A stretch of 38,792 nucleotides of DNA from an uncultured Atribacterota bacterium (GTDB lineage: Bacteria > Atribacterota > Atribacteria > Atribacterales > Atribacteraceae): contig CAYSWT010000006.1 of the NCBI GenBank assembly GCA_964434845.1, positions 1 to 38,792 of the forward strand. The letters run 5' to 3'. Positions 19,335 through 28,804 of the stretch are shown here, in pieces. The notes under the pieces were generated by a model. That model did not search any database and had not been told where the DNA came from. It worked only from the letters and a program-made list of their open reading frames with translations. Position 1 is the stretch's first letter, and every line of letters starts with the position of its first letter. The position numbers and the translations under genes were made by a program.

Positions 19335-21217
19335 TCGGTCTTGTTTTGTTTACGTGCTCGCTCGGAAACGGATAGGATCACAATGTCTTGGTTGTGATAA
19401 AAAATCGGAAAATACTTTAAAAAAAATTTTCCATCAATTTTATACTTCGCTTTTTCACGAGAACTCAAATAAATATAATCAATTTGGTATTGGGCTGCTA
19501 AGCCTGAAAAGTTATCCGTCCCCGAAAAGAGGACTTGTACATCGGTCGCCCGTTCTTCGTAATTGATTCCATGAGACCACAACCAACCTTCATATCCCAT
19601 TACGATGTTTCGACCGGCCAAAGCTGATACCGGGTTGTTGTGAAAATCTGAAGAAAGAAAAACCGCGTCACGCGGAGTATGGACACGAATATATTCGGCT
19701 GTTTCCACATCGGTGTTCGAAAAGAGCAAAAAAGAAGAAAACGCCTCTCGAATGAGACTGAACGTTCCGGATAGAATACATATCCCGACAATAATTCCTA
19801 AGAATCCCCTTCTGAGTGATTTCTTGGTAATTTTTCCAATCACCCCATCAAGATAATCAGCTACCAGGATAACACTAAACAAATACCAGACGAAAAAAAT
19901 TTTAATATTATCCCAAGCCCAGGGCTGGAAAACGATGAGTTCCGCCATGATGAATAAAACAATCGCCGGTAAATAAAAAGAGCGGAGTCGATTCCGTCGG
20001 GAAAAAAGAGCGAAAAGCACCAAAACAAAAAATAAGCCGGTATTTTTTAGCCAGAAGAGTGGCCAAATATCCCCTTGGTTGGCCCATCCGGGCATCACTC
20101 TCAAATATCCGCCCGAAACTGATTGAGGAACTGTCCAATAGAGAACCTGTGGAATTGAGAGGATGAGCCCAGGAAATGCCAAAGCGAACCAGTTTATGAA
20201 GTAATTTTTTTTATCGTCGGACTTTCGATAATATACCAGAAGCCAGACCAGCGCCACTACCACATAGGCCAAAAAAGAATGGGTATGAATCATGGGGAGT
20301 AACCCGGCAACCAATCCACTGAGAAAGAAATATTTCTTTTGAGAGGTTTCAATGGCGCGATGGAGACCCCACAATGCGAGAAGAAGAAAAGCCCACCCTC
20401 CCAGTGTGGTTCGCTGAGGGATGAGAAGGTCACAAACCAGGTTTGACCAGATAATATTGTCATCGAATAGATGAGTGGGAGAATTAACAATTTCAGACAA
20501 TATCTGCGAAAATTTCCCAGGGAGGTAATAAAAAAATCCCAAACCCCCATTGATAAAAAAAAGCAGGGTAGCAATTATGGTAGGAGTTCTTTTTCGCAAT
20601 ACCGCATGGGCAAAGATCATGAAACCTGAAACGAGCAATACCATCAAGGCTGTACTGGGAAGCACGATAGACCAGCGCAGGGACGTCCCGCATAAATAGA
20701 GGCTTGAAGAGAGTGAATCGACTAAAAAAGGATACCCTAAACGGATACCAGGGAAGATTGAATATTGGGGAGGAAAGTGCCCCTGCTCTTTCAGACTAGT
20801 GATGATTCCAAGATGGAAAGGCAAGTCCCCGTATGCGTTGCCGCCACAATAGAGTCCTTCCTTGCCAGGAAGGAGATAATGAGTATAAAAAAGAAAGAAA
20901 AAGAAACAGGATAAGGGAATAACGGTCCATAATATCCTGGTATCAAAGTCATCAGCAACAATGAATCCCCTTTTTTTTCGCAGCGTAAAAATAAACACCA
21001 AACCACAGATAAGCCCCATGAGCCCTAGTGCAATCAAATGAGATGCAATTGAAAATTCAGCATAAAAAGCAATCGGAATCACTAACCACATTAATCCTAA
21101 AAGTCCAAACAACCCACCGATCCAGAGTCGGATGACCCTTTTAAATTCGGGAAAGATTCGGAATGATATCAGCATACCCAATGCAATAAAACTGAAAAAA
21201 TAGAAATAACCTCCCAT
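19331..21217 (-). CDS. Large polytopic membrane protein, possible GT-C-type glycosyltransferase (PMT/ArnT-like)
   Basis: About 13 predicted TM helices in the first ~480 aa, then a soluble C-terminal domain. 628 aa. Family assignment is speculative. Confidence 0.4.
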   Translation of the reverse strand: MGGYFYFFSFIALGMLISFRIFPEFKRVIRLWIGGLFGLLGLMWLVIPIAFYAEFSIASHLIALGLMGLICGLVFIFTLRKKRGFIVADDFDTRILWTVIPLSCFFFFLFYTHYLLPGKEGLYCGGNAYGDLPFHLGIITSLKEQGHFPPQYSIFPGIRLGYPFLVDSLSSSLYLCGTSLRWSIVLPSTALMVLLVSGFMIFAHAVLRKRTPTIIATLLFFINGGLGFFYYLPGKFSQILSEIVNSPTHLFDDNIIWSNLVCDLLIPQRTTLGGWAFLLLALWGLHRAIETSQKKYFFLSGLVAGLLPMIHTHSFLAYVVVALVWLLVYYRKSDDKKNYFINWFALAFPGLILSIPQVLYWTVPQSVSGGYLRVMPGWANQGDIWPLFWLKNTGLFFVLVLFALFSRRNRLRSFYLPAIVLFIMAELIVFQPWAWDNIKIFFVWYLFSVILVADYLDGVIGKITKKSLRRGFLGIIVGICILSGTFSLIREAFSSFLLFSNTDVETAEYIRVHTPRDAVFLSSDFHNNPVSALAGRNIVMGYEGWLWSHGINYEERATDVQVLFSGTDNFSGLAAQYQIDYIYLSSREKAKYKIDGKFFLKYFPIFYHNQDIVILSVSERARKQNKTD

Positions 21218-21308
21218 AGGTGGGCAACCACATCCTTCATAAAACGTATAATTTCAGCTATGAACCATAGTCTCAGATGGTCAAGGTGAATGATCAATCA
21301 AAAAAATG

Positions 21309-23468
21309 CTATTGATACTCTTTATACGTCCCCGGAATAATTTGGTCTTTCTGACATTCAAACTCTGCCCAGAGTCGACCGTCTTCATACCATTTTTTCC
21401 ACTTTCCATCTCTCTGATTGTCTCGGTAATATCCTTCTGATTCCTTATTTCCATTGCGGTAGTATTTCGTCCATAGGCCTTCTTTTTTATCGTTCTGATA
21501 GGTTCCCTTTTGACCGATAACACCGTTTTCATACCAGGATATCCAGGTTCCTACTTTTTTTCCATTTTGATATTCACCTTCGGTCTTTTTCTTGCCATTT
21601 TCAAACCAGGTGGTTTCAATGCCATTTTTCAACCAGGTGCCATCGAGACGAATGATATAGGTATATTGAATTTTGAGCTTTCCATTCGCATACTTTTCCC
21701 GGTAGGTCTGCACCGCCTGATCAGAAGAAACCGGGTTTATTTCAGGAGATGGCATGATGGATGTTTTGATTGTAACCATCATTTTTTGCATAGCAATCAT
21801 TTCCCCCGAACTTATATCAAAAACTTTAACGGTTAATTCAAATTTTCCCGGCTTGCTATATATGTGCTTCATTTCCCCTTCGCTGCTGTCGGTGACCTTC
21901 GATCCGTCTCCGAAATTCCACAGATATTTAATCGCTTTCACCGTATCCGGAAAATTTCCCAGTGACGCTTTAAAGATATATTCTTCTTCGGTTTTTCCAT
22001 TATCGAGCGCTGAAGGTTCAAGAGACAACGCTGGAGTCTCGATTGCCGGGGAAGAAGAGACCGTATCGGTTCCTAAAAGATTGAACATTCCGCTCATAAC
22101 CTCACCCTGAAGCAATCTTTCCTTGTTATCAAACAGTTGGAGTTGTTCGAGGTCGAGATCAGATTGGGTGATCCCTTTCGGTTCTTTCAAAACTTGAAAT
22201 TTGACTACAGCAATGGTGCCACTTTCTTTGGTTAACATTTGATGATTCGCCTGGATAATGGCTATGCTGACTCGGCCGGGTTCAAGAATTTTAGCGCTGG
22301 TGAGCCACTCGGCATTGATTTCACCATGGACTATGCCTAAATATTCCAGGAGATTGGGATCAAAGGAAAACACCATTTCCGCCCGTATCATTTTTTGGTA
22401 TCCGTTAAAATGGATTGGAATATCAATGATATCTTGAGGTTTACCCCCCACAAACGGCAGTGAGAACATCGACACCGGTAGTGGGACGATAGTTGTAAAG
22501 GAAAAAACCAGGGTTTCCATGAGAGGGTTGCCGGTTGAGTCTTTCAATGATCCAAGAGGAAGGACCACTTGATAAATCGTGTCCGGGTTGAGATCATTCT
22601 TCGGTTTGAGAGTCAATTCTTTATTCTGAATTCCTTTCTCAATTGCAATCAGTTTTTGATTGGCATCCTGTACTGTTATAAAATCGTAAGCATTCCCGGG
22701 ATAAATGGTTTCATTGAATTGTATGCGAATGGTCGTGTTCAGTGGTATTTCGATCGCTCCGGAACTGGGTTCGGTGGTCACTACCATAGGAGGTTCAGTA
22801 TCGACCGGTTCAAGGGAAGGCAGCGGAGTAAGGATTGGTAATTGATCGATGATTGGAGTCTGGAGGGGAACGATGAGGATATCAGACAGGGTTGGAATCA
22901 ACGTAGGGCTGGGAGATGGAAGCGCAGTGACCACTTGACCCATACCCGGCAGAGTTGGGGCAACCGGTTCGGTTTCCGGGAAAGATGGCAGGATATCAAT
23001 CGTTGTTGATGACAAAGGGATGGGGCTCTCCTGGGATTGGATGGAAGGTGTCAGTGAGGCTTTCACCAATATTGGTTCGCTCACTGCCACTTCCGGATAA
23101 GTGTCGTCATCACTCGGGAAAAGACGAAATTCGTAGAATCCAGGAACTTCAGGCATGAGAAAAGTCATATTCCCAGCAGGAGAACGGTTTAAATATTGAT
23201 AATCGATGTCTTTTTTATCAGCAATCTTTTGATCACCTCGGGGAGTATCGGCTGGAATCAAACCGATCCAGGCGTCTGAACTCCATTCTGGAGAAGCAAT
23301 ATAGGAAACGACGACTTCTTGACCAGGCGCAGTTTCAGAGGTCGATGCAGTAATCGTGTACGGCGCTGCAGCATGATTCTGGGCGTAAACGACACCAACA
23401 CTGAAAAGCATCCAGAGAATCAACCAGAATAAGAACCATTTAATACCACTGAGATGATATTTTCCCAT
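21309..23468 (-). CDS. Secreted multidomain surface protein (Ig-like domains, PKD domain, C-terminal MORN-variant/YwqK-like repeats)
   Basis: Signal peptide. PKD-like WNFGDGS…KPGKFELTVKVFD. Repeated GxW/Y…YxNGKK…G motifs at the C-terminus typical of MORN-variant repeats. Confidence 0.65.
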   Translation of the reverse strand: MGKYHLSGIKWFLFWLILWMLFSVGVVYAQNHAAAPYTITASTSETAPGQEVVVSYIASPEWSSDAWIGLIPADTPRGDQKIADKKDIDYQYLNRSPAGNMTFLMPEVPGFYEFRLFPSDDDTYPEVAVSEPILVKASLTPSIQSQESPIPLSSTTIDILPSFPETEPVAPTLPGMGQVVTALPSPSPTLIPTLSDILIVPLQTPIIDQLPILTPLPSLEPVDTEPPMVVTTEPSSGAIEIPLNTTIRIQFNETIYPGNAYDFITVQDANQKLIAIEKGIQNKELTLKPKNDLNPDTIYQVVLPLGSLKDSTGNPLMETLVFSFTTIVPLPVSMFSLPFVGGKPQDIIDIPIHFNGYQKMIRAEMVFSFDPNLLEYLGIVHGEINAEWLTSAKILEPGRVSIAIIQANHQMLTKESGTIAVVKFQVLKEPKGITQSDLDLEQLQLFDNKERLLQGEVMSGMFNLLGTDTVSSSPAIETPALSLEPSALDNGKTEEEYIFKASLGNFPDTVKAIKYLWNFGDGSKVTDSSEGEMKHIYSKPGKFELTVKVFDISSGEMIAMQKMMVTIKTSIMPSPEINPVSSDQAVQTYREKYANGKLKIQYTYIIRLDGTWLKNGIETTWFENGKKKTEGEYQNGKKVGTWISWYENGVIGQKGTYQNDKKEGLWTKYYRNGNKESEGYYRDNQRDGKWKKWYEDGRLWAEFECQKDQIIPGTYKEYQ

Positions 23469-23530
23469 CGTTTTTTTCCTTCCTTTTTAATATATATACC
23501 ATTTGGTAAACTGTGAACGGTTAATCTCAT

Positions 23531-23627
23531 CTTTTCATCCATTCCAACTCAACATCTCAACATTCTTACAATAAATATTTTTCATCCTCTGCTGGTGCAA
23601 GGGTATTCATCTGGCATGAATGTCTAT
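23531..23627 (-). repeat. Copy 3 of the structured repeat family (reverse orientation)
   Basis: GGCATGAATGTCTAT (23614-23627) is identical to an arm of copy 2. CTCAAC repeats at 23545-23562. GGATGAAAA complement at 23531-23540 and 23581-23590. Confidence 0.7.
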
Positions 23628-23727
23628 TTTCCATTTATTGCATACAAATATAATACCAATGAATAGATTGAGCAAACAGTATATAATACGATATGATGAG
23701 AAAAATAAATAAAGGAGGTGCAAAGGT

Positions 23728-24096
23728 GTGCCAAACTATATTGAGCCCGTTGAAGAACTCTCCAGTCACGATCGTGACATTCACCGAACTCTCAATAGTC
23801 TAAAAGAAGAGATTGATGCCGTTGAATGGTATCACCAACGAGCTGTGACCACCACCGACATCGATATGAAAGCCATTTTAGTACACAACTTAGAAGAAGA
23901 AATCGAACACGCTTGTATGCTTTTAGAATGGCTCCGTCGGAATATGCCCGGCTGGGATGAACGCTTAAAGATATATTTATTTACCGCCCAATCCATAACT
24001 GCTATTGAAGATCACGCTCCAACCGATTCATCAGAACCAAAAGAACGTTCTTTGGATGATTTGGGAATCGGGAATCTAAAAAATATTTCTCTCTAA
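23728..24096 (+). CDS. Encapsulated ferritin-like protein (EncFtn) cargo with C-terminal encapsulin targeting peptide
   Basis: GTG start with AAAGGAGG RBS. Close match to EncFtn: …AVEWYHQRA…ILVHNLEEEIEHACMLLEWLRRN…YLFT…ITAIE. C-terminal SLDDLGIGNLK matches the GSLxIGxLK cargo-loading peptide. Confidence 0.85.
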   Translation: MPNYIEPVEELSSHDRDIHRTLNSLKEEIDAVEWYHQRAVTTTDIDMKAILVHNLEEEIEHACMLLEWLRRNMPGWDERLKIYLFTAQSITAIEDHAPTDSSEPKERSLDDLGIGNLKNISL

Positions 24097-24163
24097 TACC
24101 AGCATAATCAAATGTCTATCCGTTTGTTGATCGATTCAGTGTTGAATCGGAAAGGGGGATTGT

Positions 24164-24967
24164 ATGAATATTTTAAAACGGGAGTTATCTCCGATAACCA
24201 ACCAAGCCTGGCAGGAGATTGATCGTCAGGCCAAAAGAATATTCCTCACTCAACTCACCGGACGGCGCTTTGTTGAAGTGATTGGACCAAAAGGGTGGGA
24301 TTTTGCCGCTGTGGGATTAGGGCGAATAAATGTTCCGGAAAACCAACGGGATGGAGACGTTCGTTTTGGAATCCATATGGTTCAACCATTAGTCGAAATT
24401 CGAACCTCTTTTCAACTTGATCTGTGGGAATTGGATAATATTACCCGGGGAGCAACCGATATCGATTTTACTCCTCTGATTGACGCTGCCAAACAAACAG
24501 CTCTATTCGAAGAAAAAGCCATTTATCATGGGTTCGAACCGGGAGATATCGATGGGCTTCTTCCGGTGCTTGAATATGAACCCCTTCCCTTCTCCCATGA
24601 CCCGGGGGAGTTTTTCGGTAGCGTGTTAGAAGCGGTTGCCGTTTTAAACGACGCCTCGGTTACCGGTCCTTATGCTTTGGTGATAAACCCACTTCTCTGG
24701 GCTGATCTAGCGGCAACAAAAAGTGGCTATCCATTAAAGAAACTCATCGAAAGCACGATCGAAGGTCAAATCATTCCGGCATCAGTACTGGAAGATGCAT
24801 TAATCGTGTCAACCCGGGGCGGCGATTTTGAATTGATACTCGGTCATGATCTATCGATCGGATACGAAAGCCATGACGATAAATACGTTAACCTTTATTT
24901 TACAGAATCCTTCACTTTTCGCATCCTCGATCCTTCAGTGTTTGTCCGTTTGAGTGTAAGTGATTAG
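24164..24967 (+). CDS. Family 1 encapsulin nanocompartment shell protein (linocin M18-like, HK97 fold)
   Basis: 267 aa. MNILKRELSPITNQAWQEIDRQAK…TQLTGRRFVEV.GPKGWDFAA…TSFQLDLWELDN…GPYALVINP…GGDFELILGHDLSIGYE is collinear with Thermotoga-type encapsulin. Confidence 0.9.
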   Translation: MNILKRELSPITNQAWQEIDRQAKRIFLTQLTGRRFVEVIGPKGWDFAAVGLGRINVPENQRDGDVRFGIHMVQPLVEIRTSFQLDLWELDNITRGATDIDFTPLIDAAKQTALFEEKAIYHGFEPGDIDGLLPVLEYEPLPFSHDPGEFFGSVLEAVAVLNDASVTGPYALVINPLLWADLAATKSGYPLKKLIESTIEGQIIPASVLEDALIVSTRGGDFELILGHDLSIGYESHDDKYVNLYFTESFTFRILDPSVFVRLSVSD

Positions 24968-24980
24968 GTCAACTGACAAT

Positions 24981-25021
24981 GATCTTCACCTTTCTGGTTT
25001 TGATCCAGAAGGGTGAAGATC
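24981..25021. terminator. Bidirectional intrinsic terminator between convergent encapsulin and dipeptidase genes
   Basis: 10-bp perfect stem gatcttcacc/ggtgaagatc with a structured loop, flanked by T-rich sequence on both strands. Confidence 0.65.
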
Positions 25022-25037
25022 ATTCATGGTTTTCCTC

Positions 25038-26120
25038 TCAGCGAATGGCGTCAAAAGTGAGGTTTAAAATCGGATATTTGTTCCAATCTTTATAATCAAA
25101 ATGCCACCATTCATCCTGGTAAACTTCGAATCCTTCGGCTTCCATAGCCTGACGAAGTATTTCTCGAAACCACCTTTCCCGGGTGGTTCCACCGGGGAAT
25201 GATACATACGAACGTTCGGAAAATTCATCGTAATCGCCACCAAAAAGGATCGGTTCTTTGGTATTCACTTCATACAATGCAACATCCACCGCACATCCTC
25301 GATTATGGCGAGATCCTTTTTGGGAGTCGGCGACAAAGTTTTTCATTTCAGGAGGTGTGGCATCCCAAAACATCTTGGTCACGTACCAGGGGCGATATGC
25401 ATCATGGATGATCAATCCATAACCTATCCGTCTTAATTTCGAATTGACTCGTACCAGAGCTTCGGCGGCTGGACGTTGCAAGAAAGCGCGGTGCTCAGCA
25501 TAGAGAGGCACTCCTATAAAATTATTGTCAGTAGCATAACGGATATCGAGCTGAATGGTAGTATCAAGCCGAATGACTTCTACCAGATCCGGTTCAAGAA
25601 AGGTCCCCTTTTCCACGGGCGGAGTCGCTTGAAGAGCTTCGGGAAGCAATTCGTTAATGGTCTTCAAGGGTTGAATCCGAAAGGTTTCCCCCTTTTCTGG
25701 CCCATAAAAATACCGTCTATATTGAATTTGACCCGCGTTGATTGATATACCAAAATTATCCTTATCTCGGGTAAAACGCATTTTTCTTGCGTTCAATCCA
25801 CTCATAGCGGGTAACAAAAAAGTATCCGACTCCGCTTCTTTCAGCGGAATAATCTCATAAATCACCTCATTGAATAGCACACTTTCTTTATGCTGTCCTT
25901 TATCCACGCAGGGAAACAGCATTTCCAGTCGCCCTTGATTTTCACGTATATAAAATCGGCTTTCATCCTGAAGAATATAAGCCCCGATCAACTTCGTCCA
26001 TTGTGGCGGTTCCGGCGGTGGCGGTTGGAGGTGTTGAGCAACACTGACTTGAAGAGAAAAGAGAACACTCAGAATACAAATGAAGAGAACAATCCGTTGT
26101 TTCAACCTCATGGTATGCAC
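25038..26120 (-). CDS. Secreted D-Ala-D-Ala dipeptidase (peptidase M15D, VanX/DdpX-like) with an unknown ~170-aa N-terminal domain
   Basis: Signal peptide. SRHNRGCAVDV and EWWHFDY zinc-ligand blocks typical of VanX-type dipeptidases. Confidence 0.75.
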   Translation of the reverse strand: MHTMRLKQRIVLFICILSVLFSLQVSVAQHLQPPPPEPPQWTKLIGAYILQDESRFYIRENQGRLEMLFPCVDKGQHKESVLFNEVIYEIIPLKEAESDTFLLPAMSGLNARKMRFTRDKDNFGISINAGQIQYRRYFYGPEKGETFRIQPLKTINELLPEALQATPPVEKGTFLEPDLVEVIRLDTTIQLDIRYATDNNFIGVPLYAEHRAFLQRPAAEALVRVNSKLRRIGYGLIIHDAYRPWYVTKMFWDATPPEMKNFVADSQKGSRHNRGCAVDVALYEVNTKEPILFGGDYDEFSERSYVSFPGGTTRERWFREILRQAMEAEGFEVYQDEWWHFDYKDWNKYPILNLTFDAIR

Positions 26121-26213
26121 CCTTTCAAGTTATTTTCTATGCTGCATTGGCATGTCATCATCACCCTTATTTTAAATCGAATTCCTGATATTGTGCGCAA
26201 CCTGGAATTTAAT

Positions 26214-27269
26214 TTAGAAAACAAACCCAGACGTTAAGTTTTTTCCCTGTACTTCTAAAACAACTTCGCTTTTTTGCTGGGGCTGCAATTCCAAAGTAAA
26301 AATGAGTCGATTCGACTCTATTCGATCCAATGATACCGAATGTGAGATCATTTCAAAACTTGGTTGAAGAGGTACAAAAACTTCGATTTTTTTAACTTCT
26401 GATCCCCGGTTGGCAACAATGTAAAGCTTTTTTTCCTGAGTATCATAAAGAACCACTTGGCCTTTATTATTGTAGACCTGGTTGATCTTATCCTGTTTCA
26501 GTATTTTTTCCTCGACGGTCAGATCGTTACTTTTCCCAATTTCCATTTCCAGATCGGGTGATGTGCCCGAAATGAAGTTTTCGCCTAAAAAAACCACACC
26601 TGAAGTGGATTTTTCAAAATATTCCGATTTGGCAGGAAAGAGGATATAGGTCGGAACGGCGAGTTTCCAGAAAAAATGGACATCAGTATCGCCATAATTG
26701 AATGAAGCGTAACGCGATACTTTCTCAGCGGTGATCACCTGAAATTCCTGAATTTTCAAGCGCTTCGTTTCATAGGGCTCAAGCTGGAGCGTGAATTCCT
26801 TTCCAGCAATCACAAAATTGGCATTGCGAATGACTTCTTGCCCCTGATTGGTAATATCGGCAAAGAGAAAACCTGATGGTGCAGCTTTCTCTTTTTCCCA
26901 GTAGTATTGGTAGAGATAATTCAAAGTGAGTGATGATAAAGGGTAAGTGAAATGAATTCGCCCTTCAGTCGGTGAATCGGCAAGAATGGTCACTGTACTC
27001 CCTCGATCTGAGGAAGGAGTTAAAATGCTATTCAAAACCCCACCTTCGACCTGAATAAATATTTCATCATCGCTTAAGGCGTTCGGTTTTTCCCAGGAAT
27101 AAACATTCTCTCCGGATTGGAGTTGAACCATCCAGGTTTCTCGAAGATAGAATTGGGAATCTCCGGCAAATATCAAAATTTCTTCCGGATTCTTTTCGAG
27201 AATCACTTCTTGGGCGGATGCCCATCTCCAGCAAAAAAAGATCAAGAATATCACCAGGAGTTTTTTCAT
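26214..27269 (-). CDS. Secreted hypothetical protein, DUF4139-like (paralog of the next gene)
   Basis: Start refined to MKKLLVIF (GGGAGGA 6 nt upstream). ATGA overlap with the upstream gene's stop. Signal peptide. Confidence 0.5.
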   Translation of the reverse strand: MKKLLVIFLIFFCWRWASAQEVILEKNPEEILIFAGDSQFYLRETWMVQLQSGENVYSWEKPNALSDDEIFIQVEGGVLNSILTPSSDRGSTVTILADSPTEGRIHFTYPLSSLTLNYLYQYYWEKEKAAPSGFLFADITNQGQEVIRNANFVIAGKEFTLQLEPYETKRLKIQEFQVITAEKVSRYASFNYGDTDVHFFWKLAVPTYILFPAKSEYFEKSTSGVVFLGENFISGTSPDLEMEIGKSNDLTVEEKILKQDKINQVYNNKGQVVLYDTQEKKLYIVANRGSEVKKIEVFVPLQPSFEMISHSVSLDRIESNRLIFTLELQPQQKSEVVLEVQGKNLTSGFVF

Positions 27270-28453
27270 GACCATTCCTCCCGAAATTCATAATTTAATA
27301 AAATAGTTTCCTTTTTCCCCGGGTTGATAGTCATTTTCAAGTGAGCTCGGCCATTTTCCCATTGCCACTGCTCTCCTCCTCCGGTTATTTTCGCCCCCGG
27401 GGGCAATAATTCGATGAAGTCTAATTGTTTATCGGTTTCTCCCCAGTTCTTAATATCAAACTGAATCACCTTCTCCGACCAAAATCCAGCTATATCCCGA
27501 TCTTCATTGAAGTCGACTTTCTTTCGAAGATAACCAGATTCGATTCGATCCACCTGCAGGGTACGAATTGATCCGATGGGAATTTCAAATTCTTCCTGGC
27601 TTCGCACGAGAGGGAATTCAAATGTCCCCACCACCGAATTTTCAGTTCCAAAGATGGTAATCAATCCCTGGGGGAGAGGATCACCCTCGCTTTTCATTTT
27701 CAATATCCGATTGATTGACCCTTCTTCAATGCGGATCAGTTCCTTCACTGGAAACTTTCGTAAACCGGGAAAGACCTGCAGGACGCTCGGACCAGGCAAG
27801 TCTATAACATAAGGTAAATGAAAAACTTGATATTCTGACACTCTTTCCATGATCATCGGTTTTACCTTTTCGACCGCTATTTGGGATTGAACCCGATCGG
27901 AAGCAAGTGGAGCTTCTTCGGTCATCATTCCTCCTTTGTCACCTTCGAAATGAAAAGTAGGCTTCCCTAATAACCAGCTTAAATGGAGATTTTTCCAGGT
28001 AAAATTATGTTGGTTCGAGAGAAAAACTGAGGGATAGAGGTAAAAAAGCTGTTCCTTTTCATCCCAAACCCCCTGATATCTTTCTCTCCAGTCAAAACCA
28101 CTCACGAAAAAGGATATAAGAAAGGGAAACGAACCCGCTTTTTGTGATTCGAGCACCATCAGGTATCCTGAGAAATCGGTGGTGCTGATGGTTTTTAATG
28201 AAGTCGATGGATCGAAAGGATGCAGGTAAAATCTCTCGCGAAGAAGATTCTGTCCGGATAGAAAGAAACGATTTTCCCCATGATTGAGAAGCAGCGCTAC
28301 CTTCTCTACTGCCCAGGCCCGGTCAATATTCTGATAAACCGTGAGCCACACCTCATCGGGCATTATGGTTTGGGAGAGGAGAGCCTGAACCGATCCCGAA
28401 TATCCCAGTGCAATCACCAGGATTATTCCGAAAAAAAGAACAATCCTTCTCAT
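27266..28453 (-). CDS. Secreted hypothetical protein, DUF4139-like
   Basis: Start refined to MRRIVLFF (AAGGAGGTGG 5 nt upstream). Signal peptide. C-terminal G.ITIFGTENSVVGTFEFPLV…IPIGSIRTLQVDRIE pattern. Confidence 0.5.
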   Translation of the reverse strand: MRRIVLFFGIILVIALGYSGSVQALLSQTIMPDEVWLTVYQNIDRAWAVEKVALLLNHGENRFFLSGQNLLRERFYLHPFDPSTSLKTISTTDFSGYLMVLESQKAGSFPFLISFFVSGFDWRERYQGVWDEKEQLFYLYPSVFLSNQHNFTWKNLHLSWLLGKPTFHFEGDKGGMMTEEAPLASDRVQSQIAVEKVKPMIMERVSEYQVFHLPYVIDLPGPSVLQVFPGLRKFPVKELIRIEEGSINRILKMKSEGDPLPQGLITIFGTENSVVGTFEFPLVRSQEEFEIPIGSIRTLQVDRIESGYLRKKVDFNEDRDIAGFWSEKVIQFDIKNWGETDKQLDFIELLPPGAKITGGGEQWQWENGRAHLKMTINPGKKETILLNYEFREEWS

Positions 28454-28509
28454 TTTTCCACCTCCTTGCTGAAACATTAATTCTCCACCATTAAGATGAT
28501 CCTCAATAT

Positions 28510-28585
28510 GGATCGACCGCCATGCTGCTTGGCAGCACCATGTGAGGAATGAAAATCAAATGAGCCACATGCCATGGCATGTGGC
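28510..28585 (+). repeat. Copy 4 of the structured repeat family, plus a 22-nt perfect palindrome
   Basis: GGATCGACCGCCATGC-TGCTTGGCAGC-ACCATGTGAGGAATGAAAATC, then GCCACATGCCATGGCATGTGGC (28564-28585). Confidence 0.75.
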
Positions 28586-28804
28586 CCGTTACTTGTTACT
28601 GTAATTAATAATAGTGTGAAACTTTGAAGCTAAAAATTCAAGTCCTATTCCCCCTCCTTATTGGTGATTGATAACTATTTTACCCGAATATGATCGTTCC
28701 TACCATCCCCTGGTGAATGGAACAGTGATACGGGTAAATCCTTTTTAGCGATTTTCAAGATAAACACTCCTTATTTTTAGTATTTTCAGTGGGAAATGAA
28801 TATA

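Noticed and set aside
21281-21532. 83-aa ORF overlapping the 3' end of the surface-protein gene in another frame
   Set aside because: Out-of-frame overlap with a long, domain-rich gene on the same strand. No independent support.
24525-24545. GGTTCGAACC-like strings (24529 within the encapsulin gene, 8966 within larC) as possible tRNA T-arms
   Set aside because: They lie inside well-supported CDSs, and no cloverleaf or acceptor/anticodon arms can be built around them. No tRNA was called anywhere in the window.
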